DNA of 64,000 nt from Lineus longissimus (Eukaryota). Below, piece by piece: positions 37,781-50,700 of the stretch. The notes under the pieces are model-generated. The model worked only from the letters and a program-made list of their open reading frames with translations, had not been told where the DNA came from and ran no database searches. Position 1 is the first letter of the stretch, and every line of letters starts with the position of its first letter. Location: the NCBI RefSeq assembly GCF_910592395.1, contig NC_088308.1, positions 2,232,001 to 2,296,000 of the forward strand. Reading direction: 5' to 3'. A program made the translations under genes and the position numbers.

Positions 37781-38681
37781 ATGGTGTGTTCACACTGGAT
37801 GCGAATTGAAACCGAATTCCGTAGAGCGCTCTCCGGAATACGAATTGGTTAATCCAGTTTCAGAACGGTCGCGTCACACTGGCCCGAATACGCATTCAAA
37901 TCGGTTTAAAACGCGCCACACTCAATGCATACTAACGACGCGCCATCTATTATTATTATTATTATTATTATTATTTATTAACCTCCCATATGGGGGAATA
38001 AAATTTACAAGTACAAAACATATAAGTGTATAATATCACAGTATCACACAGTCATTATTAACAAGTTAAAATCGCGTAAGGTGCTTGACCATTTCCATCT
38101 CCCGGCCATGCCTATTGCCAAAGTTCGGGTCAAAGAGGAGTGTCCTCAGCGAGTCGACACCACCGTCGCTAAATGCGGAGAATCCCGGCCTCGCCCTCGA
38201 AAACGAGGCCAAAACCGGGGAAAACCCCGCCGCGACGATGTTGCTGACCAGTGTACCTTTGACCAACGAACCGGCGGCAACATACCTTGCCAGGAAATGG
38301 AAATGCAAGTCACGTGCAAGGGAGTTGATTTTCCCTATTCTATGGCATAACGAAAAACGATTTGAGTTAATGAGATAATTTAAATACATCAGTTAACTAG
38401 TTCGGAGCACTAGTTCCCGCGGTCAAAGGTCACTTTCCATGCGCCGGGCGCATGCGCAGTGCGATCGAAAACCTTAATTCGTATCAAGCGCGTCACACTT
38501 GAAATCTCAATACGGTTTCGTTGATTCGGATTAGCTGATTCGCATTCAATTCGGTTTAAGAACCGTGTTGGTTAAAGCGGATTGAGATCGGTATGAACCG
38601 AATTGAGTGTGACGCCCCAATACGTATCAACGTTTTAATTCGAATTCAATTCGTGTTAAAACCCCAGTGTGACCACGGCAT
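37781..38681. mobile_element. Non-autonomous DNA transposon (~900 bp), PIF/Harbinger-ISL2EU-like
   Basis: Left TA|ATGGTGTGTTCACACTGG and right CCAGTGTGACCACGGCAT|TA (the target duplication can be read as TA or AT). Internal GCGTCACACT motifs at about 37871 and 38489, inverted at about 38606; CpG-rich; (TAT)n tract at about 37948-37977; no transposase ORF. Confidence 0.75.
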
Positions 38682-38988
38682 TAGTGTTGGCTGCGGAAAA
38701 TTTATGGTTGTTGTATTAACGATGTGTTTGAAAATTCTGAACAAAACAAAAGGCAGACTAGTCATACGGTCAGTTGCAGAAAGGATATTTTTAAACCGCA
38801 CTCTGAATGCCTTTTATTAAAGTAACTGCTCAGCCTTTTGAATAATAGCTATTTGTTCTCAAGGTCTTTGGGCATATAGTCTTTTATTATCATCACACAA
38901 TAACAAGAATTCCTTGAAACCCCCTGTCAAAATTATCCAGCCAAGAAAGTGTTGTATCCAGTGAATCTTTTTGTTGAAGGCACAAGGT

Positions 38989-39724
38989 GGCTGGCTGTAA
39001 TCCTGGGTCCAAGGCATTGGCTGACTGTAATCCGGGGCCCATGCATTGGCTGACTGTAATCCGGGGCCCATGCATTGGCTGACTGTAATCCTGGGTCCAA
39101 GGCATTGGCTGACTGTAATCCGGGTCCAAGCCATGGCTGACTCTAATCTAGGGCCCAAGGCATTGACTGACTGTAATCCAGGGTACAAGGCATTGGCTGA
39201 CTCTAATCCAGGGTACAAGGCTTTGGCTGACTGTAATCCAGGGCCCAAGGCATTGGCTGACTGTAATCCTGGGTCCAAGGCATCGCCTGACTGTAATCCT
39301 GGGTCCAAGGCATTGGCTGGCTGTAATCCAGGGTACAAGCCATGGCTTACTCTTATCCAGGGCCCAAGGCATCTGCTGACTCTAATCCGGGTCCAAGCCA
39401 TGGCTGACTCTAATCCAGGGCCCAAGGCATTGACTGACTGTAGTATTGGATGACTGTCATCCAAAGACTGAGGCATTGCGGACTGCATTCCAGGGCCCAA
39501 GGCATTGACTGACTGCAATCCAAGGCCCAAGGCATTGGCTGACTGTAATGAAGGACCCAAGGCATTGGCTGACTGCAATCCAAGGCCCAAGACATTGACT
39601 GACTGCAATCCAAGGCCCAAGGCATTGACTGACTGCAATCCAAGGCCCAAGGCATTGGCTGACTGTAATGAAGGACCCAAGGCATTGGCTGACTGCAATC
39701 CAGGGCCCAAGGCATTGGCTGACT
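38989..39724. repeat. 30-bp minisatellite, about 23-24 copies
   Basis: Consensus GGCATTGGCTGACTGTAATCCAGGGCCCAA; short non-repeat interruption at about 39443-39470; explains the overlapping repetitive ORFs on both strands. Confidence 0.95.
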
Positions 39725-41574
39725 GGCCCCATGTATAAAAATCTGTAAGTCACTTATTGTCTTTGTAGCTAACTGGTTGTTAGTAAGGTCAGGAAATTTC
39801 TTGCCACAAGAGCAAAAACACTGTCCATGTCATCATTCATTCTCTGATCCAAGATTACCGTACATTACCACCCATCCCATCATCCCTTAGGTTCAGATGG
39901 GAACAGTATAAGCTATCTAAAAATGACAGCAGATTTCGTATCATCTAGTGCATCTTGGGCAGAGACCTTTCTTTAATTGATATCTGTCTCAAATGGGGAC
40001 AAGTTAGAGCTCTATGAAATCATAGTCAGCAAATTGATTATTAGCATACTGGGGTGTCTAAATTGAGGGACATGAGGCTTTGCTGATGGAAATGTGTGCA
40101 GTGTTCACAATGTGAGATACTTTGTACATTTCACCTTGTGAATTTTATAAACACTGCCTTGCTTCGCATTTACAAAAATTTTCTGAGCATATATAGTATA
40201 TATTTATTTGTAGGCATTGTTTACATAAAACTGGCATTTATTAGTTGGAAGGTGTTTTAGTTGTTCTATAGTGCATTCCAGAAAGTTTTATTTTAAAAGA
40301 AAGGAGGTTTTAAACTAAAGTAGATATTTTTGTTTTCTACTGGTCTAATTTTATTTAAATACTCGCATAACTATTTTACTAAAATAGAGAATATTTTCAT
40401 GACAAATTTTGTTCCCTGCCCCTTTATCAAGATGAAAAGTTGTGAAATCAGGCATAGGCTTTTGACATTTTCATTTGACTTATACAAGACTCGCCACTTA
40501 CGTTCAAGGCTCGACAACAGTAGTGCCAAGCAGGGCCAAAACGGATGTGGCAATCGAGTCCCGTATTCATTTGTAGTGCCATGGATTCGTTTATGTAAGA
40601 AAGATTTCACTTCTCAAATATAACAAGATCCTTGACAGTTTTTGAGCATGGCGGACATTACAAAGTGAATATTCTATCAATAGCAGCTTGTTAACTAAGG
40701 GAATATCTTTATAGGAAACATATCCGAAAGGAAAAAACATTCTAAAGGAAACATTTCCTTTAAGTGTGATCAGATTTTAAGCAATCTTAGCTGGCATCAG
40801 TAGCGAATTTTAATTTGGTTATGTCAGTGTTGCCAATAACCGTTCGTCGCTTTTATCGAATGACTTCAAAGAGTCTCTGTTTGTTTTTCATATTTTAATG
40901 GTGCTTTACGATTTTTGTGTGTAAGCACCCCCTATTGGCAAATGTTTGTATTTGTGTGCTTCAACGAAATGATGTATAAATATAGATTAATGTATTGAAA
41001 ATTGTACATAATAATGCATTAGGACAACTTCAAACCTCATGTTATGAGATGGTAAGCCCAAGTTGTTGATTGTTTAGATGGTAATGTCACGAAAGGTTTG
41101 TACGTACAGCATGTGGGGTAGTTTTGTTTTTACTTCTGGCTGAAAGAGTGGGGCTAAAATAGATTCGAACTGATCACCAATGCCAAAAATTCTTCATATT
41201 CACCTTGTAACTCTTTAACGGTCAGTAATACAGATTCATATAAATGATTGAGAGAAACAATTTTTCATGATAAGGGTATTTCTAAAATACAAAAGTCAGT
41301 CATCTGGTGAAATTTAAGAATTCCATTTTAGCCTCAACTCATGCAGACTTCATCCTCATACAGTCGATTTTTTGTGTCAGGTAATGACAGCGCGTTCTCC
41401 GCCATCCAGTTCGTCAAATGTTTGTATCAGTGCGTATTGTTCGATGTGAAAACTTGTCAGATTGGACATCCAGCATCTACCTCTGAATTCAAGTCCTATG
41501 TACAGTTTTTTATGAATTTCCTGTTTCATGGAGTGGTCTTAAGAATTTTTTCAAGTGTAGTGTGAGCTGTTTAA

Positions 41575-42345
41575 CCCTTTGCTCCAGAATACTAGCATCC
41601 CCAAAATTGGGGAGTTTTTCTATCAGTGTTTAATGTAATGCACGGCAATGTGGCTGCTAGATTTTTTCAGCATTTTTTACAAAAGCAGTGAAAGTGCACT
41701 ATACTACCATTAGGAAGAGGTTTGGATACAAAATATTGAGTGTAATGTTCTGATCTAACTAGGGCCTAGCTGGTCTAGGAGATACCAATAGGCATTGTTG
41801 AATAGAAAGATAAAACTATAATGGAATGGATATGATTTTAATTGGATTGGCCAGGTGAGAATGGATCGGGATAAAACAGGGTGACTCTGAAAAAGATGGT
41901 AATACTTTTTTGTTTGGATATGTATTCCGAGACACCCTGTATATTGTTTCATTCAACAATGTTCAAGTACAGCTAAGGTTTGTTAGAACATGAAATTTTG
42001 TACTATATATTATATGTATAAGTAAAGATAGTACCGTATGTTTTGATCGAAGTATTTTGTAAAAACTCTTTAAATTTAAGTATCCCTGTGTTTTGAATTA
42101 TGGAGAGTCGACTGCCTTTCACTGCTCTATTTTCAGTCGTTGCTATGGTAAATATTGGTCGTGGATGTAACAATTTTTTTACAAATATCTATCAGAAGAC
42201 AAGATAGTGATATCACAATATACCTCAGACTTATAAGATGTTGTCAGATTATGATGGAATTTGTAATCACTTACGTCTGTTAATATCACATTTGTAATCA
42301 CAATATCAAATATATCAACAGCTGATGCCATTAGTCATCAAAGGG
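41575..42345. mobile_element. Possible old piggyBac-like non-autonomous element
   Basis: TTAA|CCCTTTG...GCATC on the left (41571-) and GATGC...CAAAGGG|TTAA on the right (to 42349); only 7 bp of perfect TIR. Confidence 0.4.
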
Positions 42346-45300
42346 TTAAAATCGCTGTAATCAGGGAAAACTCTGGTGTATATCGGTGTTGTGATAACTC
42401 TACTGTCTCTGCTACTGCGTTGCAAGATTTCATATATCCGCTACAAGAAATATCTGCAGTAGTAACTTGAAGAATCCGTTTCCCAACTTGCTGATTCAAA
42501 TTTACCGAGCTGGTGAAGAGGGTAGGTTGGTAAAAAGTGGCAAGTTGGTAAAGGGATAACCTGTTGCCAATGTAATTTGCAGCGATGTAGCTACAATTAA
42601 CATAGTATCTGCTCCATGTAAAATGTTCTTAGAAATAAATTACATGTGCTTAAATATTGCAAGACCTCAATATATCAGCTAAAGTGTTGCAAGCTTGTAA
42701 CTAGAGAAAAAGCATATAGCACAATAAGTACAGCACGTTATAACATGCAAGTATAGCGAGTGAAATTATTTGATATAAGAGCAAAGGGTTATACAGTATT
42801 GTGTCCATTTTCAAGACCTGACTTGATTATACCCATCCTTTTAAAACCACAGAGCCTCTTGTACGAATATTCAGGAAGGTTTTGGATTACTATAGTTGAC
42901 TCTGGTGTAAGCCAGTAATCTAACCTAACCACGGTGTAACTTGTCAAATTTGATTTTCTTCGTTCGAGTTGAAGCTAACACATGTATGTGTAGATGTTGT
43001 CTGTACGGTAACTGCCATAAAAACTATTCATTATTTGAAGTTTGCTGGAATATTGTTTGACATATAACGATGTGAAGTACAAAATGTATTTCAGGCTAAC
43101 TGAACCCTCAAAGGACTTGAGAAGTATAAGCATTTAAGAAAAATTCAAATTGTAAAGGATTTTAAGAATAAAATGCTTCTCGAAAGAAATCCTTACAATA
43201 CAGATATCACTGTTACTATGGTAACGAGAGTGGGGCTAAACTGGCTCCCTTTCCTGCAAATAAGTGGGAAAAGGGACCGGAAACGTGCTCTTGGCTATAA
43301 TTGGCCGTTCAAGTCATAAGGACCTGGATAAGTTTCAGATGATGTGAATTTTCACAGCAAATTTGCCATGAAATGCAAATTCGCCTCATTTTAGATCAGC
43401 ACCCCCAGTTGTTGAGATCTAGCTGTTGTAGGGAAACAAAATGGCCAACTTTTTGGGTCAGCCTTTGATCTTTCGGAGGTCACGTTGATTTTCTTGATTT
43501 TCTCACGCAGTCCTTTGAGAGGAAATATGGCATCCACTCTTCCTTTTGAGTTAAGGTGATAATGTTTTGCACAAAGGAGTTGTGATAGCAGGATTATGAC
43601 AGAATGTGGAGTGTGCTAGGAAACAGCGACTTTAGTTCCTGCAATTGTTTTAATGCTGGATTATTTGTCTGATCTGTATTTGAAGTTAAAAAGTCTTGTT
43701 TTTAGTTAGTTGAAAATTTGTTAAACCACCTGATGCTGATTTTGGTCACAATCCATATAGAATGCCTGTAACCAATGAATAGTTAAGATGTAAATTGAAT
43801 TGATTCATGCACATCCCAGCAGGTGTCTAATTGATCCGAGATAAGGGTTGGAGTACCCACTTATCTGTTGTGACATCCTCAAAGTGGAACACAAGAATGC
43901 TGAAGTTTCAGACAAATTCAACGTGGCACATTTTGGCGGGGAAAATATCTTGAATAAACAATGTATATCAGTATCGGGTTTGCTCGTATCAAACCTCTGG
44001 CTATTTTGCAAATCCATCTGTGTTTCATTGCATCCGTTTGATTTAAGCCAAATGCAAATTTTTTCTTAGCTCACTAAGATTTGTTGCCCGCTGGCAGCAA
44101 CTTTGCATTTAAAATCGAAATTCGGTGCAAATTGTTGACAGAAAAAGAAGTGTTCCCATTTTGATAAAACTGAGGCTTTTTCCTTGCGTAGAAAATAAGA
44201 TAATAAATGGGTTAGACCCAACATGCCCAATGCAATTATATATTTGTAATAGTTTTAATAGCAAAAAGCGATATTTTAGTGATGCAAGTTGACATCTGAT
44301 GGGCTGGGAACTTTCAAGTATTTTACATCAGGATGAAAAGCCATTAGAGCCATCTTTGAGAGACTTATTTATGGTGTTATCCTGAACAATGTTGTGTGCA
44401 TTTTTTTCAAAATGTTAACAATTCATTCTCCAGTTGTTTTTTGGCCTGTCACTGCCTGGATGTTTGTGTCTGGATTGCCGAATTTTGAGCAAAAACGGCA
44501 ACCTACATGTGAATTGTTGTAATCCCTTGTTATATTGACAACAAGCTTGTGCTCAGGTATTCATGATTCGACCTCACCCTAATCCTAGTAGAACAATAAT
44601 GGCTACTTTGAAAAAAATTTAGAAAAATTTTCCCAAAATTGAATAGATGAAATTGAACAGAAAGATGGCACTGGCAGCTGATCATTCAGCTTCAAGTTTG
44701 AATAGAGAACCTCTTTGGTTATGCTGGATATCAAAGTTCTTCAAGTTTGGAATATTTGCCTTTTCCTGCAATTATATCGAGACAAATGAGCTCCTTCTCC
44801 ATGGCATGCAGTGCCGTAGCTTTGTAAAGAGGAAGTAAAATGAGCAAAACGAATCTGGGTGTGGATCAAAGTTAGCAGGCTCGTTACCCAGCAAATCATG
44901 AACCATTCCATGTCACAGCGAAATTTCGAATTTGGGACATGTTTTAAAGCTCTAGGTAAGGTTTCATCAACGAATACTATTTCCTTTTTGTGTTCAATCT
45001 CAAAAATATCACTAAGAAAAGAAGTCCCAAAAGCTGCCGCCATGTGTTAATGGGTGAGAGACTCTTAAATACCCTGGTTCAAGTTTAACCTAGAATACTC
45101 CACAATTATTTTCTTTCGTCACTCATGGTATACAGAGTTGCGATGTCTATATTGTTAATGCTGCTATAAAAAGTATTGTAGACAAGATGTAGATTATTAT
45201 GTCAACCAGAACAGCTAATAAAGCTAGTTTGTGATATTAACACAATCAAATCTTGACTTATTCATTTTTCATACAATTTGTTGCTGTTTTTACTATGTAA

Positions 45301-46030
45301 CCCTTATTAGCAAGAACTGCTATATTAACTGAGCCAACACTGCACAAGGAGGGTAATTATGCGTACCACAATTATCATAGTCCCTCAAAGGAGGACCATG
45401 TGCAGGAGCTTGGGTCCAACAGGCCGTCTCCTAGTAACCTAAGGAGCTGGATCTGGTTAAAACTGATAAAATTAGTGAAAAGAGCCAATGTTTGCTGAGA
45501 TAGCAGTTGCCTATTAGTGAATTTGTGCATGGAGGTATTGTAACTATATCTGGCCTGCTTGTCTGCTCCCTATGGCCTTCCTAATACCTCCATGCTGTAA
45601 ACAAGAGCCTGTTGTCAAAGATTGAACTTCAGACTACACTGACAACCTGCCCCTAATGCCTATGTATAGCAGATTTTGTTTTCAGATTGAACTGGGTTTA
45701 ACACCAAAAGAAAAGTGGTAGCATCTTTTGTCTGCAACTGCAATTAGAAATTCTGGTCACTGTTTTCATCAAGGGCTAATTTCTTTAACAGAGAATTAAA
45801 TAAGATTGGCACTTTAAATTCTTTTCTAATGCCCATAAAGGAGTCGTCAAGTTAACGAGGAGAATGTGAAATGCCACTCACACTATTGCATTTGATTATT
45901 TAGCAGACTTACAAATCACCTTCCTTGAAAACTTCCATGACTTTTAATCAGAAATTCTTATCAAAGGACCCCCAAGGTTACTTGATGCTCTTGATAACTC
46001 ATTCAAAGGGAAGCCGGCATCTTGGAGATA

Positions 46031-46208
46031 CAGTACAATCTCTCTATCAAGGACACCCTTGGAACTTACAATGTCATTGATTATTAAAGAAATGTCCTGA
46101 TTACTGAGGTAAAATTCAATGGAAAGGACCAATTTGGGACCAAATTGTACTTGATAGAGGGGGTGTCCATAATAGAGAAATGTCTGCTGAAGGAGGTAGG
46201 TTCCACTG
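46031..46208. mobile_element. pogo/Tigger-like MITE
   Basis: TA|CAGTACAATCTCTCTATCAAGGACACCC on the left; GGGTGTCCATAATAGAGA...GGTTCCACTG on the right (GGACACCC/GGGTGTCC and TCTCTAT/ATAGAGA are inverted pairs). Confidence 0.65.
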
Positions 46209-46370
46209 CACATCACAAAGGGATACATGTAAACTAGTAGGCTGTGGTATATTACAGCAAATCATTTTTGTTTGCATTGTTTCTTCAGAGTCTAGTATAT
46301 AAACATATTCTCAATATTCAATAAATTCAATGGAACCTCCTTTATCAGCAGGATTCCCTCTCTATTGAGA

Positions 46371-46985
46371 ACAAAGACATGGTGGTTTCTCAATGTCCCA
46401 ATGCTACTATGTCACTCTGAGGACCAAGACATGGTGGTTCCTCAATGTCACAATGCTATTGTATCCCTCTGTTGACCTAGATATGGTTGTTCCTCTGTAC
46501 CAATGCCACTGTATCACTCTGAGGACCAAGAGCTGGTTGTTCCTCTAGACCAATCCCAGTGTAGCTTGATGAGGAACAATACTTGGTTGTTCTCAGAGAC
46601 CGAGACATGGTTGTTCCTCTGTATGAATGCTACTGTATCTCTTCAAGGACCAAGACATGGATGTTCCTCAATGTCCCGATGCTGCAGTAGCTCTTCGAGG
46701 GCCAAGACATGGTTGTTCCTCAATGTCCCGATGCTGCAGTAGCTCCGAGGACCAAGACATGGTTGTTCCTCAATGTCCCGATGCTGCAGTAGCTCCGAGG
46801 ACCAAGACATGGTTGTTCCTATGTACAAATGCTATTGTAGCTCTTTGAGGATCAAGACATGGTTGTTCCTCAATGTCCTGATACTGTTGCATTTCTCTGA
46901 GGACCAAGACATGGTTGTTCCTCAATGTTCCAATGCTGTTACATCGCTCCGAGGACCAAGAATTGGTTGTCCCTCTATGTCCCAT
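46371..46985. repeat. ~50-bp minisatellite, about 12 copies
   Basis: Consensus GAGGACCAAGACATGGTTGTTCCTCAATGTCCCGATGCTGCAGTAGCTCC recurring at 50-52 bp spacing. Confidence 0.92.
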
Positions 46986-47794
46986 CAGGAAATGAAAAAG
47001 GAACTGCCATCAATGCAATTTATCTGCTTTTACCAGAACAGCAAACCAATATCACTGTGCTGAATTGTGGTCCCCTTCTAGCCTGTTTACCTCGGCCAGA
47101 CTGGGGCCAGACTTCACCTACTCATCAAACAAAAGCATCTAAATATCGAGGGAGCTGATGTCATTATGTCCTTCATATGATTTGATTAATGGAATTAGGC
47201 CGCAGAGCAGACTCACTACCTTATCAGCCAAATGCAAAGATGATTAATGGTGTCATATTATCGTTGACAATATATGTTTTGGGCATGCGAAAGAATTAAT
47301 GAAGAAGATAAATGGACAGGTTCAGGTTTCATTTATTTCATGTTGGTGATGGGTCTCTGTTGATTGGAGCTGAATGCCAAAGGGTGGTGGAGTCCTCAAT
47401 TTATGTAGGGTCAGAGGATGAGAAGTGGCAGTGGAGAAACTGAGGAGACCTTTTTCATCAGGTCAATACAAAGTAAGGGAAATATAGAACTAGAATTTAA
47501 CAGTAAATGCTTATTTAACCCAATACATACATGCGTGGGATAAGTGCTGGTCTCAACCCTAGCATCAACTGATGACAATACATACAACAAATTTAGACAA
47601 GAATCGTAAGTAACCAGTGCTATCAGTGTTCCTGATGTTGGCAAAAGATGGTTGCCAGGGACAAGGAGGCTGAATGTCCATTTGCAAGGTCAAGTGAAAT
47701 GTAAAAATGTCAATATTTTGATTCTGAACTGGAGTCTCCCACTATCCAGTGTGGCAGTAGTTTTTAAGCACAATTTGATTGAAGGATCGCACCA

Positions 47795-50700
47795 TCAGTC
47801 ATCATCAAAGAAGACATGCTTCTGTTTGCTCGCGTCTGCTGCAACTATCCGGTCAATTTTTTCAATCACCTGAAAACAAACATAACAAATTATAAAATTT
47901 AAAGGGAGTATGCAATGTATTTCCAAAGATAGACCACCCTATACAACCCTCCCCATGATCTGTCTGCCTTTGTATCAAATAGCAAATCATGATCAAATTA
48001 CCCTGTAGTTAAGTCATGACAATCAGCAAACGCAATAAACCTCACATCAACCAAATGAAGTGCAGTTCATGACAACATCAATTGATGGGCCATTGAACCT
48101 TATTAACCTGTATTGCTATATCTGATGTCTACCACCTAACACTTCATCAAGAAATTAACACTATCATTCTCAGTTAACGACTAATAATCACTGTTACCTT
48201 CTGTGCACCTCGCTTTTTCTTTCGTTTTGAATTCAACTTTTGTTCCCGGTCGGCGGTGATTTTTTCCCAGTACGATGTCTCATCATTACCTAATAAAAAG
48301 CAGAAACCACAAAAATATTACTTCCATCAGAAAAAAAAGCTTCATGGAAGATGGTATGGTATTTATATTGAGGTTTGACAATTCTGTTGCTCAAAGTTAA
48401 GGGTTTGAAAGATTATGCTTCATTTGAACAAATCCAAATCACCACATCATACATGCAACATAACATTATTCTGCAAGAACAGATCTGGTCAATTTTCTAC
48501 AGAGCCCTCTGTTGGAGCTATTGGGAACTGCTCACCTTGTAAAAGACTAACATTCACACCATCTACTTTTGACTCGATCACAAGCTTTGCTGCCACATCA
48601 CTTTTACACCTAATGTGTCCATTTTGATCTCCATCATTCATGTCCACGTACGCTATGGCATCAGGATTTAATCTCTCCTGCAAAAAAGGGAAACTTCAGT
48701 CATGGCAAAAAGAGCAGCGACACATACAGCGACACATACCCTTTGTCGAGGACAACAGAAATTGTTTTTGCCCGAGGAGCCAGATATCGGCCGAGGCTGT
48801 AGTCTGAGAATGACATCACATTTCAAGGGTATTTCTACTTCGATTCTTAAATTCTGCAGAATCAACTGAATGATCAGTTATATGTTTAAAATTAGACCAC
48901 TTGAGCCATACCTTGATCTGTTGTCTGGTCATGGGCATCCGTAACGGGTCAATTTTCACTCGAATGATAACGTTTGGTGTAAACTCGATGGCAGGCCTGC
49001 CTTTTTCCGCTGGATCTGGATTGCTGGATTTTACTTTCTTTTCCTGAACAGATTTCTTTAACGCTTTCATACTCTCTTTCTGAAGGTTAAGGTACTCCTT
49101 CTTCAAATCCAACCACTGCTTTCTGAAATCAAGATATTCAGATGTAAGCATGTCGGTTTTTCCCTCGCTTTTGATTTGAACGAAAAAACGCACAGTGCTT
49201 GAATGTCAGTGCCACAAGGGCCACAGCTATTTTGCCTGGTTTGTGAATGATAAAATTTAGGAATGAATAATGGAAAAGGTTCTGTCAACAGAGAAGAAAT
49301 GTAGGGCAAGACAGAAAAAGCCTTGCTTGTAACATTTACTGCATGTTACATGTACATTTCTATACTTACTTTGTAAGAACCCTCATATTCAAATCTGGAT
49401 CCTTTTCATGTCGCCTATGATCTCGATTCGGATGACGGCGTTTCCTCTTTTCCGTAATCGGATGCATGACCACATTCTCACCGATCTTAACCCGTTTAGC
49501 ATCACTATCACTTCCACCTTCATCCAGTTTTCGTTTCTTTGCCTTTGCATCATCCTCCCTAGATTCCTGTTTAAGAATCCCTTTCATGGGCCCCTTGACT
49601 TCAGTCTTTTCCACATCAGATTCAGATGCCCCCTTAGTACCCCTCACCTCTGTATCTGACCCAGAAACACCAGATTTCGTCTCTTGCTTTACTTTTTTCA
49701 AGTTAATTTTTCCATCAGAATCAGACTCAAGTTCACCTGTCTTTTGCAACTTCTCTTTTGATCGTCGACGATCTTTACCGCCCTTCTTTTGACCCTCGAT
49801 GGGTCCACTGTCCCCCTCACTACATTCACTGGTATCCCTTTTTCGTTTTTTGGTGCCTTCAGCTGGAATCTCGCCAACTTGCTCCTCCCCCTCTGAACCA
49901 ATACCCCGGGGCCTTTTGGCACTACTTCCGTCCTCTCCATCCGTACTATCCCCACTTGCATGACGTCTTTTCTTTTTCCCGGGTCGAGCAGTTTCGCTTT
50001 CATCTGAAAGAGAGACGACAGATCATTAACAACGGCAAAAGACTTCTTAAAATTAGCGTGTTTAGAAGGGTCCAAAATATTTTATGTGATGTCGGATATT
50101 CAGCTCGTCTTAACACAGTAACACACTCTGAAAAACAGAATAAAACAGAAACAGAATAAAAGCACAGTTTTTTCAGAACTCTCTCTGCAACATCACCGTT
50201 AAACTCCCACTCGCAAAGACAAACTTAAAGTACTTGTTTTTGTATCTGCCTAAAATGTGTACTAGTGAGGACAATCAAGCGGTTACCTATGCTGGTTCTT
50301 GTATCCGCTTGCTTCTGTAATGATTGCCACTGCTTGTTGTGCATCTTAGGAAAGCGGCCAGCCTTGTCTGCAACATCACTGCTATTCATCAACTGAAAAT
50401 AGTGACAAGAAAAGTAAGTCTGGTGAGGTGATTTTATTTGAGGACATTGCCAAGTAGTGTGGTGTTGAAGTGAAGAAATGTCTGGTTACTTGTGGTGTTT
50501 CTACAAAAGGCCCTATTTATGTTTCAGTTCAGGTACCGGTACCCCACAAGTTACACAAGATCTTAAAGTGATTTTCAAACTCCCCATTTCAAAAGCTCTT
50601 TTCATTAAATCTTGTTAACTTACATCAACAGCTTTGTGAGCCTGCTCCTTCTTCTCAAATTCAATAAATGCGAAATTCTTCAGGTCCCCTGACGACTTGT

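Noticed and set aside
38859..39753. 283-aa and other repetitive ORFs
   Set aside because: Products of the 30-bp minisatellite, with no domain or splice support.
44712..44736. TCTTTGGTTAT matching the first 11 nt of miR-9
   Set aside because: The rest of the mature sequence differs and only a small hairpin forms.
47873..48197. Possible intronic C/D snoRNA in the last LARP7 intron
   Set aside because: C- and D-like boxes are weak, with no terminal stem or recognisable guide.
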